Below are positions 9,542 through 19,801 of a stretch of 64,000 bases of DNA, one piece after another (the first letter of the stretch is position 1; every line of letters starts with the position of its first letter). The stretch comes from an uncultured delta proteobacterium (GTDB lineage: Bacteria > Desulfobacterota > Binatia > Binatales > Binataceae), in the NCBI GenBank assembly GCA_963842085.1, contig CAWJET010000001.1, positions 704,001 through 768,000 of the forward strand, read 5' to 3'. The notes beneath the pieces are model-generated. The model was not told where the DNA came from. It was given only the letters and a program-made list of their open reading frames with translations, and did no database searches. The position numbers were made by a program, and so were the translations under genes.

Positions 9542-10279
9542 TCAGCGTCCCTTGTACACCGGTTTGCGCTTCTCGCGCGCAGCCCGCATGCCCTCGCCAG
9601 CGTCCTCGCTCTCGCGCACGGCACCGAGATCGCGAGTGGCACGTCCCAACAGCTCCGACGGGCCCTTGGGCAGAATCGATTCGGTGACGAACCGCTTGAT
9701 GGTGCTGAGCACAAGCGGCGCGCTTTCGGCGAGCTCGCGCGCCATCGCTACCGCCTCATCGACCTGCCGCCCGTTGGCGACCACGCGATTTACCAGCCCG
9801 ACCTCGTAGGCGCGCCGCGCGTCGAGCGTCGCGCCGAGCAGCATCACTTCCATCGCAACCTTGTGCGGGATGCGCGCGGCGAGCCCGGCGATCATCCCGC
9901 CGGTGAAGCCGAGGCGAGCCTCGGGATATGAGAACCTGGCGCTCTCGCTTGCGACGCACAGGTCGCACGTCATCACCGCGACCAGCGCGCCGCCGATGCA
10001 CCAGCCGCTCACCGCGGCGATGATCGGTTTGTCGGTGGTGATGCCCACGGTCGGGATGCAGCGCCAGAGCTCGGGCAGGTCGGTGAAATCGGCACCGGCG
10101 GAGAACGCCTCGTCGCCGGCGCCGGTCAGTACCGCGACGCGCTGCCCGGAGGCGTCGAAGGCCGCGAAGGCGGACTGCAAATCTATCGCGACCTGCTTGT
10201 TGATCGCGTTGCGGCGATCGGGGCGGTCGATCGAAATGATCGAAACGGGGCCTTCCTGGCGGACTTCGACGTCGCTCAT
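9542..10279 (-). CDS. Enoyl-CoA hydratase/isomerase
   Basis: DRPDRRNA, AFSAGAD, GWCIGG, YPEARLG. Confidence 0.92.
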   Translation of the reverse strand: MSDVEVRQEGPVSIISIDRPDRRNAINKQVAIDLQSAFAAFDASGQRVAVLTGAGDEAFSAGADFTDLPELWRCIPTVGITTDKPIIAAVSGWCIGGALVAVMTCDLCVASESARFSYPEARLGFTGGMIAGLAARIPHKVAMEVMLLGATLDARRAYEVGLVNRVVANGRQVDEAVAMARELAESAPLVLSTIKRFVTESILPKGPSELLGRATRDLGAVRESEDAGEGMRAAREKRKPVYKGR

Positions 10280-10449
10280 GCAACCGATGTACGAGAATCG
10301 CGGCGCGAGCGCAAACGCGTTTCAGTCCGCCGACATGATCTTTGCGCAGACCGCTTCCGCGATGACCTCGGCTCGCAGACCTCGAATGACTTGACATCGG
10401 CCCCAGAGCGCATTCGAGTGTCGGCTGAATGGCACCCTCATCCTCGCGC

Positions 10450-11361
10450 CTATTGTTCGCGGCCACGAAGAATCGCGGCCATCGTGGTCGCGTTCATAAT
10501 TCCGAAATTCTGGTAGCAGTTGTTGAAGATCACGTACGCACGCTTGACGCCTCGTTCTTCCAGATTTTGCAGACCTTTGGCGAGCGACTGAAGCTCGCGT
10601 TCGGAGTACAGGTATTTGAAGCGCTCGGCGGCCGTGATGTTCCGCTTGAACCAGCTGTCAAGATTCCTCCCGTGAAAGCGCATGTACACCTGGTCGCCGG
10701 TCGCCTCTACAAATGAGGGTACGATCGAATTGTCCGCGGGCGCATCGATCGAGGTGTAGTACAGACCACGCGATCGCAGGAACTTCATCGTCTCGGCACG
10801 CTGCCCTTTGCCGCGAACCCAGCTGGGATGGCGGAACTCGATTGCGATTGACGCCCCGGGCAGCCGTTCCGGAAGGCTCGCGAGGTAATCAAAATTCGAA
10901 GGCTTGGCGATGAAGTACGGCGGAAGCTGGAAAGCGACCATTCCGAGTTTGCCCGCTTCGCGCAGCGGCGCAATCGCACTCCAGAACATCTGGAACGCCA
11001 GATCGACGACCTCGCGGGAAGGCCTCGTCAGCCGGCGTTCCGCGCGTTGCTCAGCCGGCAACATCTCGCGCATCTCCTTGGGAAGCCGAGAGATTTCCGC
11101 CGCATGCTGCGTCATCAGCGCGAACGTCTTGATGTTGAAGAGGAACCCCGCGGGAGTGCGCTCCGACCAGAGCTTCGCATTGCGTTCCGAAGGCAGCGCG
11201 TAATATGTCGAGTCAACCTCGACTGTGTTGAACCGTTCCGCATAGAAGCGCAGACGCTCTTCGGCGGTGCGGACAGAAGGCGGATAAAACAGGTCTGAAT
11301 TGACCAGCGACGCGTCGGTCCAGGATGCCGTACCAATCCGAAATTCAACCGCAGCGCTCAT
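10450..11361 (-). CDS. DUF72 domain protein
   Basis: IGTASW, FNTVEVDSTYY, IEFRHPSW, YMRFHGRN, FNN. Confidence 0.9.
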   Translation of the reverse strand: MSAAVEFRIGTASWTDASLVNSDLFYPPSVRTAEERLRFYAERFNTVEVDSTYYALPSERNAKLWSERTPAGFLFNIKTFALMTQHAAEISRLPKEMREMLPAEQRAERRLTRPSREVVDLAFQMFWSAIAPLREAGKLGMVAFQLPPYFIAKPSNFDYLASLPERLPGASIAIEFRHPSWVRGKGQRAETMKFLRSRGLYYTSIDAPADNSIVPSFVEATGDQVYMRFHGRNLDSWFKRNITAAERFKYLYSERELQSLAKGLQNLEERGVKRAYVIFNNCYQNFGIMNATTMAAILRGREQ

Positions 11362-11581
11362 CCACGATAGTTTAACAGACCATCGGGACTCTGCGGGCGT
11401 TCTGCACACCGATTTGTGCCGATCTAGGTAGAATCGATGGGCCTATGATCTCCTGCGAAATTAGTACGACCGGGATGCCGTGCCGGTCGGCGTTTTCCGA
11501 TCGCTGTCATGCGCGAGCCGCTGGATACCTCGCCCGGCGCAGGTGAGGGCGCCGATACTTTGAGCGCTACGAAGCCGAGAC

Positions 11582-12748
11582 TCAGTATGAGCGCGGAAGT
11601 CCGAGAACGTGCTCGGCAACTGAATTGAGGACCATCTCTTGCGAGACGGGCGCGATTTTAGTCAGCCGACATTCGCGGAAATAGCGCTCAACATCGTAGT
11701 CGCGAATATATCCATAGCCGCCTAGCGTCTGCACTGCCCGATCGCACGCCTCGAAGCCTGCATCGGCGGCGCGCAACTTTGCGATGTTCGCTTCCGCGCC
11801 GCATGGTCTGCCGTGATCGAACAGCCACGCCGCCTTCAGCATCATCAGTTCCGCAACTTCCAGCTTTGAATACGCATCAGCCAGCGGATGCGCGATCGCC
11901 TGGTTCTGCCCGATCGGACGGCTGAACACGACGCGTTCTTTTGCGTACCGGACCGCCTTCGAGAGCGCCACGCGTCCCATACCGATCGCTTCCGCCGCAA
12001 CCAGGATCCGTTCGGGATTCAGCCCATCAAGGAGGCAGTGAAAACCGCGCCCTTCCCTGCCGACCAGGTCGCCGGCTGGAACCTTCAGGTTGTCGACGAA
12101 GAGCATGTTGGTATCCACCGCCGCGCGGCCAAGCTTGTGCAGCTCGCGCACCTCGACCGCGGACGGATCGAGATCCGCAAAAAACAAACTCATTCCGTCG
12201 GTCTTCTTCTCGACTTTCTCGAACGGCGTCGTACGCGTCAGCAGCAGCATCTTGTGCGCCTCGCGCGCCTTGGTCGTGAAAACCTTCCTACCGTTGATTA
12301 GATAACAGTCACCCTCGCGGCGAGCCGAGGTCTTGATGTGGGTGATGTCATTGCCCGCGTCTGGTTCGGTAATCGAAAACGCGACCTGGATCTCACCGCT
12401 CACCACTTTCGGCAAATAGCGGCGCTTCTGTTCGTCGGTTCCGTGAAAGACGAGCGGACTGACACCGAAAATTGAGAGGTGAATCGCGCTAGCACCGGCC
12501 ATCGCGGCACCCGACGCGGCGACTTCGCGCAGAACCAGAGCCGCTTCCGTGATCCCGAGGCCACTACGGCCGTACTCCTCCGGTATTGCGACTCCCAGGT
12601 ATCCTGCCTTCGCGACTGCGGCGAAAAAGTCGTGGGGAAACTCCGCTCGCGCATCGCGCTCGCGCCAATATTCGTCGGGATACTCCGCACAGAGTGCACG
12701 CACCTGCCGGATTATTTCTTCCTGGGCAGGCGTGAGTTCAAAGTCCAA
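11582..12748 (-). CDS. Acyl-CoA dehydrogenase
   Basis: FSITEPDAG, NGRKVF, FSRPIGQNQ, QTLGGYGY. Confidence 0.95.
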   Translation of the reverse strand: MDFELTPAQEEIIRQVRALCAEYPDEYWRERDARAEFPHDFFAAVAKAGYLGVAIPEEYGRSGLGITEAALVLREVAASGAAMAGASAIHLSIFGVSPLVFHGTDEQKRRYLPKVVSGEIQVAFSITEPDAGNDITHIKTSARREGDCYLINGRKVFTTKAREAHKMLLLTRTTPFEKVEKKTDGMSLFFADLDPSAVEVRELHKLGRAAVDTNMLFVDNLKVPAGDLVGREGRGFHCLLDGLNPERILVAAEAIGMGRVALSKAVRYAKERVVFSRPIGQNQAIAHPLADAYSKLEVAELMMLKAAWLFDHGRPCGAEANIAKLRAADAGFEACDRAVQTLGGYGYIRDYDVERYFRECRLTKIAPVSQEMVLNSVAEHVLGLPRSY

Positions 12749-12785
12749 TTCTGTTCTCCGTGGAAGGCATTTGGGATTCGTTGTG

Positions 12786-13655
12786 TCAGAATTTTCGCGC
12801 TTCCACCGACGCGAGGACGCGGCGGGCTTGCTTTAGATGTGGCATGTCGAGCATCTTGCCATCCAGCGCCACCGTACCGACCCCCGCTGAAAACGCCTCG
12901 ACGACCCGGCGTGCATGTGCAATATCTTCGGCGGAGTGGGTGAAGGCGAGGTTGATTGGCTCTACCTGATCGGGATAGATCGCAACCTTACCGGTGAATC
13001 CTGCGCGTCGTGCGGCTTGCGACTCGCGCGACAACCCCTCGGAATCCCTGAAGTTCGTGTACACAGTATCGATCGGTTCAATCCCGGCAGCGACTGCAGC
13101 TAGCAGGCATAGCGATCGCGCCAACTTGTATGTGAACTCGAGCTGCCCGTCCTCGTCACGGTTGGTACTTGCACCAAGCGCCGCCGAAAGATCTTCGGCT
13201 CCCCAAGTCAGGCCCCACAGTCGATCGCTGCATCCGGCAAACCCGCCGAGATTGAACAGCGCTGGCGCGGTTTCGGTCGCAACCGCCATTACCCGAATCG
13301 AATCGGCCACGACGCCCTCGCGCACCTCCAGCGCGGACAAATAGTGATCAAGCAGCACCGCGTCCAACGCCGACGTGGTCTTTGGCAGCAGAATTCCATC
13401 GGGCGCGCCGCCAACGGTTGCCGCGAGGTCAGGGAGCGCCTTCTCGGTCGACAACGGATTGATTCGAACCCACAGCTGAGTACGAGTGCGATCGCGATGG
13501 CTGTCCAGGTATTCGCGCACCATCTTGCGCGCAGCCTCGATACGATCTGCGGAGACCGCGTCCTCCAGATCGAGCACCAGTGCGTCGGCGGCCGAATTTT
13601 CGGCCTTGGCGAGTTTGCGCTCGCTGTCACCGGGCACAAAAAGAAACGAGCGCAT
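12786..13655 (-). CDS. CitE-like CoA ester lyase (citramalyl-/HMG-CoA lyase-like)
   Basis: MRSFLFVPGD, LDLEDAV, WGAEDL, DGKMLDMPH. Confidence 0.9.
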   Translation of the reverse strand: MRSFLFVPGDSERKLAKAENSAADALVLDLEDAVSADRIEAARKMVREYLDSHRDRTRTQLWVRINPLSTEKALPDLAATVGGAPDGILLPKTTSALDAVLLDHYLSALEVREGVVADSIRVMAVATETAPALFNLGGFAGCSDRLWGLTWGAEDLSAALGASTNRDEDGQLEFTYKLARSLCLLAAVAAGIEPIDTVYTNFRDSEGLSRESQAARRAGFTGKVAIYPDQVEPINLAFTHSAEDIAHARRVVEAFSAGVGTVALDGKMLDMPHLKQARRVLASVEARKF

Positions 13656-13657
13656 CG

Positions 13658-14113
13658 TCACTGCCTCTTGTTTTTTCGCATCAATGCCGAGCGTTTGCAG
13701 AATGCCACTTCCTGATCGCGCTGATTGAAGCACCGATGCTCGAACACGATGATGCCCGCATCCGGCCGCGACTTGCTTTCGCGCATCCCCGCAACGCGAG
13801 TCTGCGCCCTGAGGGTGTCGCCGATAAACACCGGGTTCGCGAATCTTACATCGGTCATGCCGAGATTCGCGATCGTCGTGCCGAGCGTCGTGTCGCCCAC
13901 CGACAATCCGATCATCAGACCCAGCGTGAAGATGCTGTTGACGATGCGTTGTCCGAATTCCGTGTTCTTGGTAAATTCCGCGTCAAGATGCAGCGGCTGC
14001 GGATTGTGCGTCAGCGCGGTAAATAGCAGATTGTCAGTCTCGGTCACGGTTCTGGTGATCGGATGTAGAAACACGCGGCCAACTTCGAATTCGTCGTAAA
14101 ATAGCCCGCTCAT
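13658..14113 (-). CDS. MaoC family dehydratase
   Basis: RTVTETDNLLFTALTHNPQPLHLD, PVFIGDTL. Confidence 0.92.
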   Translation of the reverse strand: MSGLFYDEFEVGRVFLHPITRTVTETDNLLFTALTHNPQPLHLDAEFTKNTEFGQRIVNSIFTLGLMIGLSVGDTTLGTTIANLGMTDVRFANPVFIGDTLRAQTRVAGMRESKSRPDAGIIVFEHRCFNQRDQEVAFCKRSALMRKNKRQ

Positions 14114-14220
14114 CGGCTACTCCCGGCATTGCGCGATTCCGGCAGGCTGGTCCGCCGGAAATTTTTCCAGATGCTCGGACACAATTTTGTGCCGCTCGAT
14201 TTGCGGAACGTGACTAATGT

Positions 14221-14685
14221 TCAAGCCCTGCGCAGCCGGACAGCATCTCCGACCTTAATCTTTCCGCCGGCGAGCACGCGGCAACTCACTCCGGCGCGCC
14301 AATCGGGCTCCAGAGCCTTGCGCAGCCCGGCTTGCTGGATATCCATCACACGGCACGGTGGATTCTCGCCCCCTATTTCCAAGAGCACGTCGGCGACTGA
14401 GATCACTGCCCCTTCTGTGTCGCGCAGATCTATCCCGCCCAATACGAGATTAGCTCGTCGTTTGGTCCAGGGGACTTCCATTCCAAGATCTTGGCACGCG
14501 TCGCGCCAGGAATCGGCGCTGATGACGGTCACCTGCCTATCCGGCACGTTTCCGTGACAGTCGCCCTCTACGCCTGCCTCGATCGTGACCAGCACTTCGT
14601 TCACTGTCTCCATTGCTTCGCGCGGCTTTGACCGCCTCGCGATGCCGAGCAGCTCTCCGTTCATCGCGATGGTCGCCCTGTCCAT
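14221..14685 (-). CDS. MOSC domain protein
   Basis: GVEGD, RQVT, RRANL, PPCRVM, GGKIKVGD. Confidence 0.88.
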   Translation of the reverse strand: MDRATIAMNGELLGIARRSKPREAMETVNEVLVTIEAGVEGDCHGNVPDRQVTVISADSWRDACQDLGMEVPWTKRRANLVLGGIDLRDTEGAVISVADVLLEIGGENPPCRVMDIQQAGLRKALEPDWRAGVSCRVLAGGKIKVGDAVRLRRA

Positions 14686-14725
14686 GCGCTACAGTATTCA
14701 GCCACAGTTGGGGTGCGTCAATCCA

Positions 14726-14870
14726 TCAAGGGTTCGATAACGCGATTGGAAGCCTAAAGCTGTCGACCAAGTCTCTCAGCCGCTGCTTTGCATCTCCGAT
14801 CACAGATACCCCGTCGCCGACGAGAATTGTGTCGAAGTCGAGCGCAAGCAATTGCTGAAGGCTGCGCCGC
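14726..14870 (-). pseudogene. C-terminal relic of an MBL-fold hydrolase
   Basis: Hand translation RSLQQLLALDFDTILVGDGVSVIGDAKQRLRDLVDSF...*; no 5' part. Confidence 0.5.
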
Positions 14871-15000
14871 CAATCTTAATCCCGCGCGAGCGTGCGATTC
14901 CAACGCTCGCCCTAGCAGTTGGCAGCGGGCTGACACGCGACTATTGATACAAGACGCCCGCGTCGAGCAGGCGAGCATCAGACCAACGGGGAGAGAAATC

Positions 15001-15861
15001 ATGGGCAAACTCGAAAAGAAGGTTGCAGTCATTACTGGTGCGGCGAGCGGAATCGGCCGCGCCACCGCAATACGGTTCGCAGGCGAGGGCGCTGCAGTCG
15101 TCATCGCTGACCTCAATCGCGAGGGTGGCGAGGCTGCGGTGCGCGACTGCAAGGAGAACGGCGGCAGCGCAGTCTTCCAGCTCACCGACGTCTCTAGTGA
15201 AGAAAATATCAAGAGCGCTGTCGATCGCGCGGTCAAGGAATTTGGACGCCTCGACGTCATCTATAACAATGCCGGTCTGGGCGGCGCGGTCGGGCCGCTC
15301 GAGAAGACCAGTGCGGAAAACTGGGACCGCAGCTTCTCGATCCTGCTGCGCGCAGTATTTCTTGGCATCAAGCACGCAGTGCCTCAGATGCGTAAGACAG
15401 GCGGCGGTTCGATCATCTCAACCGCCTCGATCGCCGGACTGCGCGGTGCTGCCGGGTTACACGCGTACTGTGCCGCCAAGGCTGGAGTGATCAGCCTGAC
15501 CCGCTCGGCTTCGATCGAACTGGCCAAGGACAAGATTCGCGTCAATTGCATCTGCCCCGGACTTATAGCGACACCGCTGACGTACAATCGCATCCCCGGC
15601 GGCGAACAAGCCGCGACACAACTCTTTGCAGCGTTCCAGCCATGGCCGCGTGCGGGACGCCCCGAAGATATCGCGGCGATGGCGTTGTTTCTGGCCAGCG
15701 ACGACTCGGAGTTCGTCAGCGGACAGGCAATGGTGGTCGATGGCGCCGTGACGTCGGGAATGGGCGCGGGCAGCCTGGCGCGAGGCTCTCAAGCGGCGCC
15801 GCCGTCGCTCCTCGACGACGAATGGTCGGGGCCTTCATTCCAGATGAAGCGCCCGTCGTAG
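15001..15861 (+). CDS. SDR family oxidoreductase
   Basis: TGAASGIG, NNAG, YCAAK; RBS before ATG 15001. Confidence 0.95.
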   Translation: MGKLEKKVAVITGAASGIGRATAIRFAGEGAAVVIADLNREGGEAAVRDCKENGGSAVFQLTDVSSEENIKSAVDRAVKEFGRLDVIYNNAGLGGAVGPLEKTSAENWDRSFSILLRAVFLGIKHAVPQMRKTGGGSIISTASIAGLRGAAGLHAYCAAKAGVISLTRSASIELAKDKIRVNCICPGLIATPLTYNRIPGGEQAATQLFAAFQPWPRAGRPEDIAAMALFLASDDSEFVSGQAMVVDGAVTSGMGAGSLARGSQAAPPSLLDDEWSGPSFQMKRPS

Positions 15862-15929
15862 GTGCATCATGACTCTTTTTCCACCGAGGGCATTTGATCA
15901 CCGCGCACGTCTTGGTGCTGAGCCGCAAG

Positions 15930-15985
15930 GCAATCGTGATGATAGAGAATCGTTCCTTCGATCACGCGCTGGGCTATCTCAGTCT
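15930..15985 (+). pseudogene. Phosphoesterase/phospholipase C N-terminal relic
   Basis: IVMIENRSFDHALGYLS, the ENRSFDH signature; the rest of the gene is absent. Confidence 0.65.
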
Positions 15986-16031
15986 TCAAGCTTCCGGATG
16001 TCGGTTTTGGTTGCTTAGCCCGATGGATACT

Positions 16032-17222
16032 TCAGGAACGAAGCATTTTCGGACCGAAGAAGGCCAGCCAAACCGCCGAGCCCACAATCCACACGGCGGC
16101 CGCCCATCCAAGATGAACGTAGTAGGTATTACTGGCGTCGGCTGCCAGCCTCGCGCTCAGAGCAATCAGGAAGGCTGCGCCCAACATAATCACGGCTAGC
16201 GGACGACCGAGGGCGAGTTGCTCCATGTTCAGATGGCTCATCACGACGTGGCTGCCCACTCCAAAGGCCAGCAAGCTGAAGCCGCCAATATAAAGGATGT
16301 GCATGGCTGGCACGCGATAGTCGGGCCAGATTGCCGAGGCAATCAATCCCACTGGCATGAGCCACACCGCCAGCCACACCAGCTTGCGATGCGCGCCCGG
16401 CTTGCCCGGGAGTCGCAGTGCGCCGCCACCGAATCCCAACCCGATCGCTACTACCATCGCGCGCAGCAGAGGGCCGCTTCGTTCAAAGCCATGCTGCTCG
16501 AGCAGCAAGCTCGCGAAGATCGCAATTCCGGCTGCTGCATATGCCAAGGCCTTCCAGGTTTCACGAGGCCCGGAGCCAAGGTCTGGAGGTGGAGGCGCGC
16601 CGCCCATGAGCGGCAGGACGAGACTGCCGATGCCGATCGCGAGGCAGAGAAATACGCCCTGCTCGACCAGCAGCACACCGAGATAGCCAGTGGATGGAAG
16701 CACGGCGTTCGCGTCGGCCGCGGCAATCAGGGCGGCGCCAGCCAGTCCCTGCAAGGCAGCGATCGGCAATAGCACAAAGGCGGCCGGCGGGCGGCGGCCC
16801 GCCTCGCCCGCCCGAAATCGACGCAGCGCAAACTGCATGAGCAGCACGAACAGCGCTGCGTACGCGATTTCGGCTGAAATCCACGAGTCGAGGATCGCGG
16901 CGCCAGTAGTCACCATCAGCGCTATCGCAAACGCTGCCATCTCCATTCGCCCAACTAGGGGTGATTGCGTTCGGCGCGGCAGCGCCGTGAGAAGAAACCC
17001 TATGGCAAACGCCATCATGAATGCCTGCATTTGCACCAGGCCGTGAAAGCGGCACGAGTAGGTCGCCGTGACTCCGGTGGCGTAAAGCAGCCAGTGGCCT
17101 ACACCGATCCATGCAAACAAAACGCCGAGCGGAAAAAACAGCCGGAACGGTTCGCTCCGCCAGCGCGAGATGGCCGCAGCCGGCGCGGGCGAAACACCTT
17201 CGGCATTTTCCAGCAGCGTCAT
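16032..17222 (-). CDS. nnrS: NnrS family protein
   Basis: EPFRLFFPLG, HG...GFLLTALP, MHILYIGG...SH; multi-TM. Confidence 0.85.
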   Translation of the reverse strand: MTLLENAEGVSPAPAAAISRWRSEPFRLFFPLGVLFAWIGVGHWLLYATGVTATYSCRFHGLVQMQAFMMAFAIGFLLTALPRRTQSPLVGRMEMAAFAIALMVTTGAAILDSWISAEIAYAALFVLLMQFALRRFRAGEAGRRPPAAFVLLPIAALQGLAGAALIAAADANAVLPSTGYLGVLLVEQGVFLCLAIGIGSLVLPLMGGAPPPPDLGSGPRETWKALAYAAAGIAIFASLLLEQHGFERSGPLLRAMVVAIGLGFGGGALRLPGKPGAHRKLVWLAVWLMPVGLIASAIWPDYRVPAMHILYIGGFSLLAFGVGSHVVMSHLNMEQLALGRPLAVIMLGAAFLIALSARLAADASNTYYVHLGWAAAVWIVGSAVWLAFFGPKMLRS

Positions 17223-17308
17223 TGAATCTGATTGTCAACGCATTCGATTCAGTTTGCCAGAACGACGAAGTTTGAAGTGGATTCTGTTTCTGACTAGTTT
17301 CTTCTGCA

Positions 17309-17455
17309 TCAGGCTGCCAGACGTTCGTAGCGATGATGCAAGCCACCGACCTGGGGAATGGAGACGACTCTTCCGACCCTTTGTGGCGTGGTCGGGCGCG
17401 GCTGTGGGCAATCCTTCTCGAGCGAAAGATGGGTGCGGGTGCGTTTGTGGTTCCT
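17309..17455 (-). mobile_element. Transposase C-terminal fragment
   Basis: RTHLSLEKDCPQPR...IPQVGGLHHRYERLAA*. Confidence 0.8.
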
Positions 17456-17543
17456 CAAAACCTCATCCGCGCGCAAGGAGACTCGGGAGACTGGCGGGAG
17501 TCTCGCGGAGCTTGAACCTCCCGGGGCCATGATGGAAGGCTGA

Positions 17544-18947
17544 GTGCTTATGGCACCGGAGCCGGAGCGTTACGAACCGACCCTCGATTCAGTCCGGAGC
17601 CATCCTCTGCCCGACTGGTATCAGGACGCGAAGCTCGGGATCTTCGTGCACTGGGGCCTGTACTCCGTACCGGGCTGGGCGGCCTCTCGAAGAGATCCCT
17701 ATAGCATCATTGCCGAGCGCGGCTTCGACGCGTACTTCCGCGAGAACCCTTACGCCGAGTGGTACCTGAACACCTTGAAGTTTGAAGACGGTCCCACTCG
17801 CGCCTACCATAATCGCACCTTCGGCGAGCACTTCTCGTACGAAGACTTCCAGCCCATCTTCGAGAGCGAGGCGCGCAAGTGGGCGCCTGACGACTGGGCG
17901 CAGTTGTTTCACAAGGCGGGTGCAGCCTACGTCGTGCTGACCGCCAAGCACACCGACGGCTGCCTGTTGTGGCCGAGCAAGGTCGGCAATCTGGGCCGCC
18001 CGGGATATCATTCGACGCGCGATCCCGTGGGCGAGTTCGCAGCCGCAATGCGAGCGCGAGGTCTCCGCGCCGGACTCTACTACACCGGGGGCATGGACTG
18101 GCTGCTGAACCCAGATCGCATCGACGCGCCCGAAAAGATCTACTCGACGATCCTCGACGGGCCGCAGTACGTCGAATACGCCAACGCCCACTGGCGCGAG
18201 CTAATCGATCGTTATCATCCGTCGGTGATGTGGGGCGACATCATGTACCCGCCCGGCGCGAACACACTGGAACTGTTTTCCTATTACTACAATCGCGTGC
18301 CGGACGGCGTGATCAACGATCGCTTCGCCACACAGTTCACTCCGCCGCGCCGCCCGAGCCTGCAGCCGCCCGGCGTTCACTACGACTTCGTCACTCCCGA
18401 GTACACTTCCTTCGACGAGATACAGACTGAGAAGTGGGAAACCTGTCGGGGTATCGGCTGCTCCTTCGGTTACAACCGCATCGACGACGAAACCAGCTAC
18501 CTCACCGCCGCCGCGGTTGTCCGCATGCTGATCGACATCGTGAGCAAGAACGGCAACCTCCTGCTCAACGTCGGCCCACGCGCCGATGGCAGCATCCACG
18601 AGCTACAGCGCAAATGCCTGCATGGACTAGGCGCCTGGCTGGACGTCAACGGCGAGGCCATCCGCGCCACCCGTCCATGGAGCCGAGCCGAGTCAACGAC
18701 CTCGGACGGAGTCCAAGTCCGCTTCACCCGCAAGCAAGACGCGCTGTACGCGATACTGCTTGACACCCCGCGCGAAGCTGAGGTGCGCATTCGACACTTG
18801 CACGCGGCTGCCGGCGCCGACGTGCGCTTGCTCGGTATCGACCAGCGCCTGCAGTGGCGCAACAGCGGCGACGATCTGATCGTCCGCCTTCCCCCGCCGC
18901 TTGCCGATAGCCCCGCGCACGCCCTCCGAATGCCGTTGCCTACATGA
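17544..18947 (+). CDS. Alpha-L-fucosidase (GH29)
   Basis: AKLGIFVHWGLYSVP, YAEWY, TAKHTDG, WETCRG, NGNLLLNVGP. Confidence 0.92.
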   Translation: MLMAPEPERYEPTLDSVRSHPLPDWYQDAKLGIFVHWGLYSVPGWAASRRDPYSIIAERGFDAYFRENPYAEWYLNTLKFEDGPTRAYHNRTFGEHFSYEDFQPIFESEARKWAPDDWAQLFHKAGAAYVVLTAKHTDGCLLWPSKVGNLGRPGYHSTRDPVGEFAAAMRARGLRAGLYYTGGMDWLLNPDRIDAPEKIYSTILDGPQYVEYANAHWRELIDRYHPSVMWGDIMYPPGANTLELFSYYYNRVPDGVINDRFATQFTPPRRPSLQPPGVHYDFVTPEYTSFDEIQTEKWETCRGIGCSFGYNRIDDETSYLTAAAVVRMLIDIVSKNGNLLLNVGPRADGSIHELQRKCLHGLGAWLDVNGEAIRATRPWSRAESTTSDGVQVRFTRKQDALYAILLDTPREAEVRIRHLHAAAGADVRLLGIDQRLQWRNSGDDLIVRLPPPLADSPAHALRMPLPT

Positions 18948-18997
18948 CGAGTGTTAGCGCGCGCCGTCGCTGCGCACGTCGTGATCGAGCCACACTC

Positions 18998-19047
18998 GTG
19001 CCTGTTCGAAACCTGAATCCGGACGTATTGATGATGGCGCCCGCCGC
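18998..19047 (-). mobile_element. IS end stub of the same transposase type
   Basis: GGRHHQYVRIQVSNRH resembles the GGLHHxYxR terminus seen at 17309. Confidence 0.5.
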
Positions 19048-19125
19048 TTGTCGAAGATCGTCTGCATTGATTCAAGTCGGCCGAGGGCGCACTGTCTTTT
19101 CGCAAGCCCAAAAGGAGGTCCGTTT

Positions 19126-19680
19126 ATGAGCCGGATTTTCGGAGAAATGCGGCAGATCGCGTTCGTCGTGCGTGATCTCGAAAAAGCGCTCGACTATTGG
19201 ACGCACACGCTCGGCGTCGGTCCCTTCTTCATGATGCGCGATATTGTGCCGGACAACTATCGCTATCGGGGCAGACCTGTGCCGCCACCACGAGTATCTA
19301 TTGCGTTAGGTTTTTCGGGCGAGTTCCAGGTGGAGATCATCCAACAGCACGACGACCAGCCAAGCGCCTATTGCGATTACCTCGCTGCCGGTCACGAAGG
19401 CTTCCAGCACGTCTCCTCATGGGTGACGCGCGCCGAATACGATCGCGCCGTGCCGGAACTCGTCCGCTCCGGCCTATCCGTGGCGCATGAGGGCGCGATC
19501 CCAGGCAGTGGTATCCGGTTCATCTACTTCGCAACTGATTCCATGCCGGGCGGCCCTCTCTACGAGATTTCGGAAGCTAAGGAACCCTCCATTTACCCGA
19601 CAATGATGAAGATTCGCGACCTCGCGCGGGTTTGGGACGGCCACGAACCGATTCGCGATTTCGCAACTCTGATGCGCTGA
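19126..19680 (+). CDS. VOC/glyoxalase family protein
   Basis: RQIAFVVRDLE, GVGPF, QVEIIQQ, GFQH; AGGAGG RBS. Confidence 0.88.
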   Translation: MSRIFGEMRQIAFVVRDLEKALDYWTHTLGVGPFFMMRDIVPDNYRYRGRPVPPPRVSIALGFSGEFQVEIIQQHDDQPSAYCDYLAAGHEGFQHVSSWVTRAEYDRAVPELVRSGLSVAHEGAIPGSGIRFIYFATDSMPGGPLYEISEAKEPSIYPTMMKIRDLARVWDGHEPIRDFATLMR

Positions 19681-19801
19681 AGGATGCAGTCCCGAGAGGG
19701 CGGTGCGATGCGTTGGCTCCGAGTTTACGGTGCAAGTGAGCGGCCGTGTTCGTGTACACGGCAACGATCGGTTGAATCCCAATTTAGCGAGGACAGTAAC
19801 A

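Noticed and set aside
17491-17522. CTGGCGGGAG...CTTGAACC as the second att copy of the tRNA 3' end
   Set aside because: Only TGGCGG and GAACC match and the spacing is wrong
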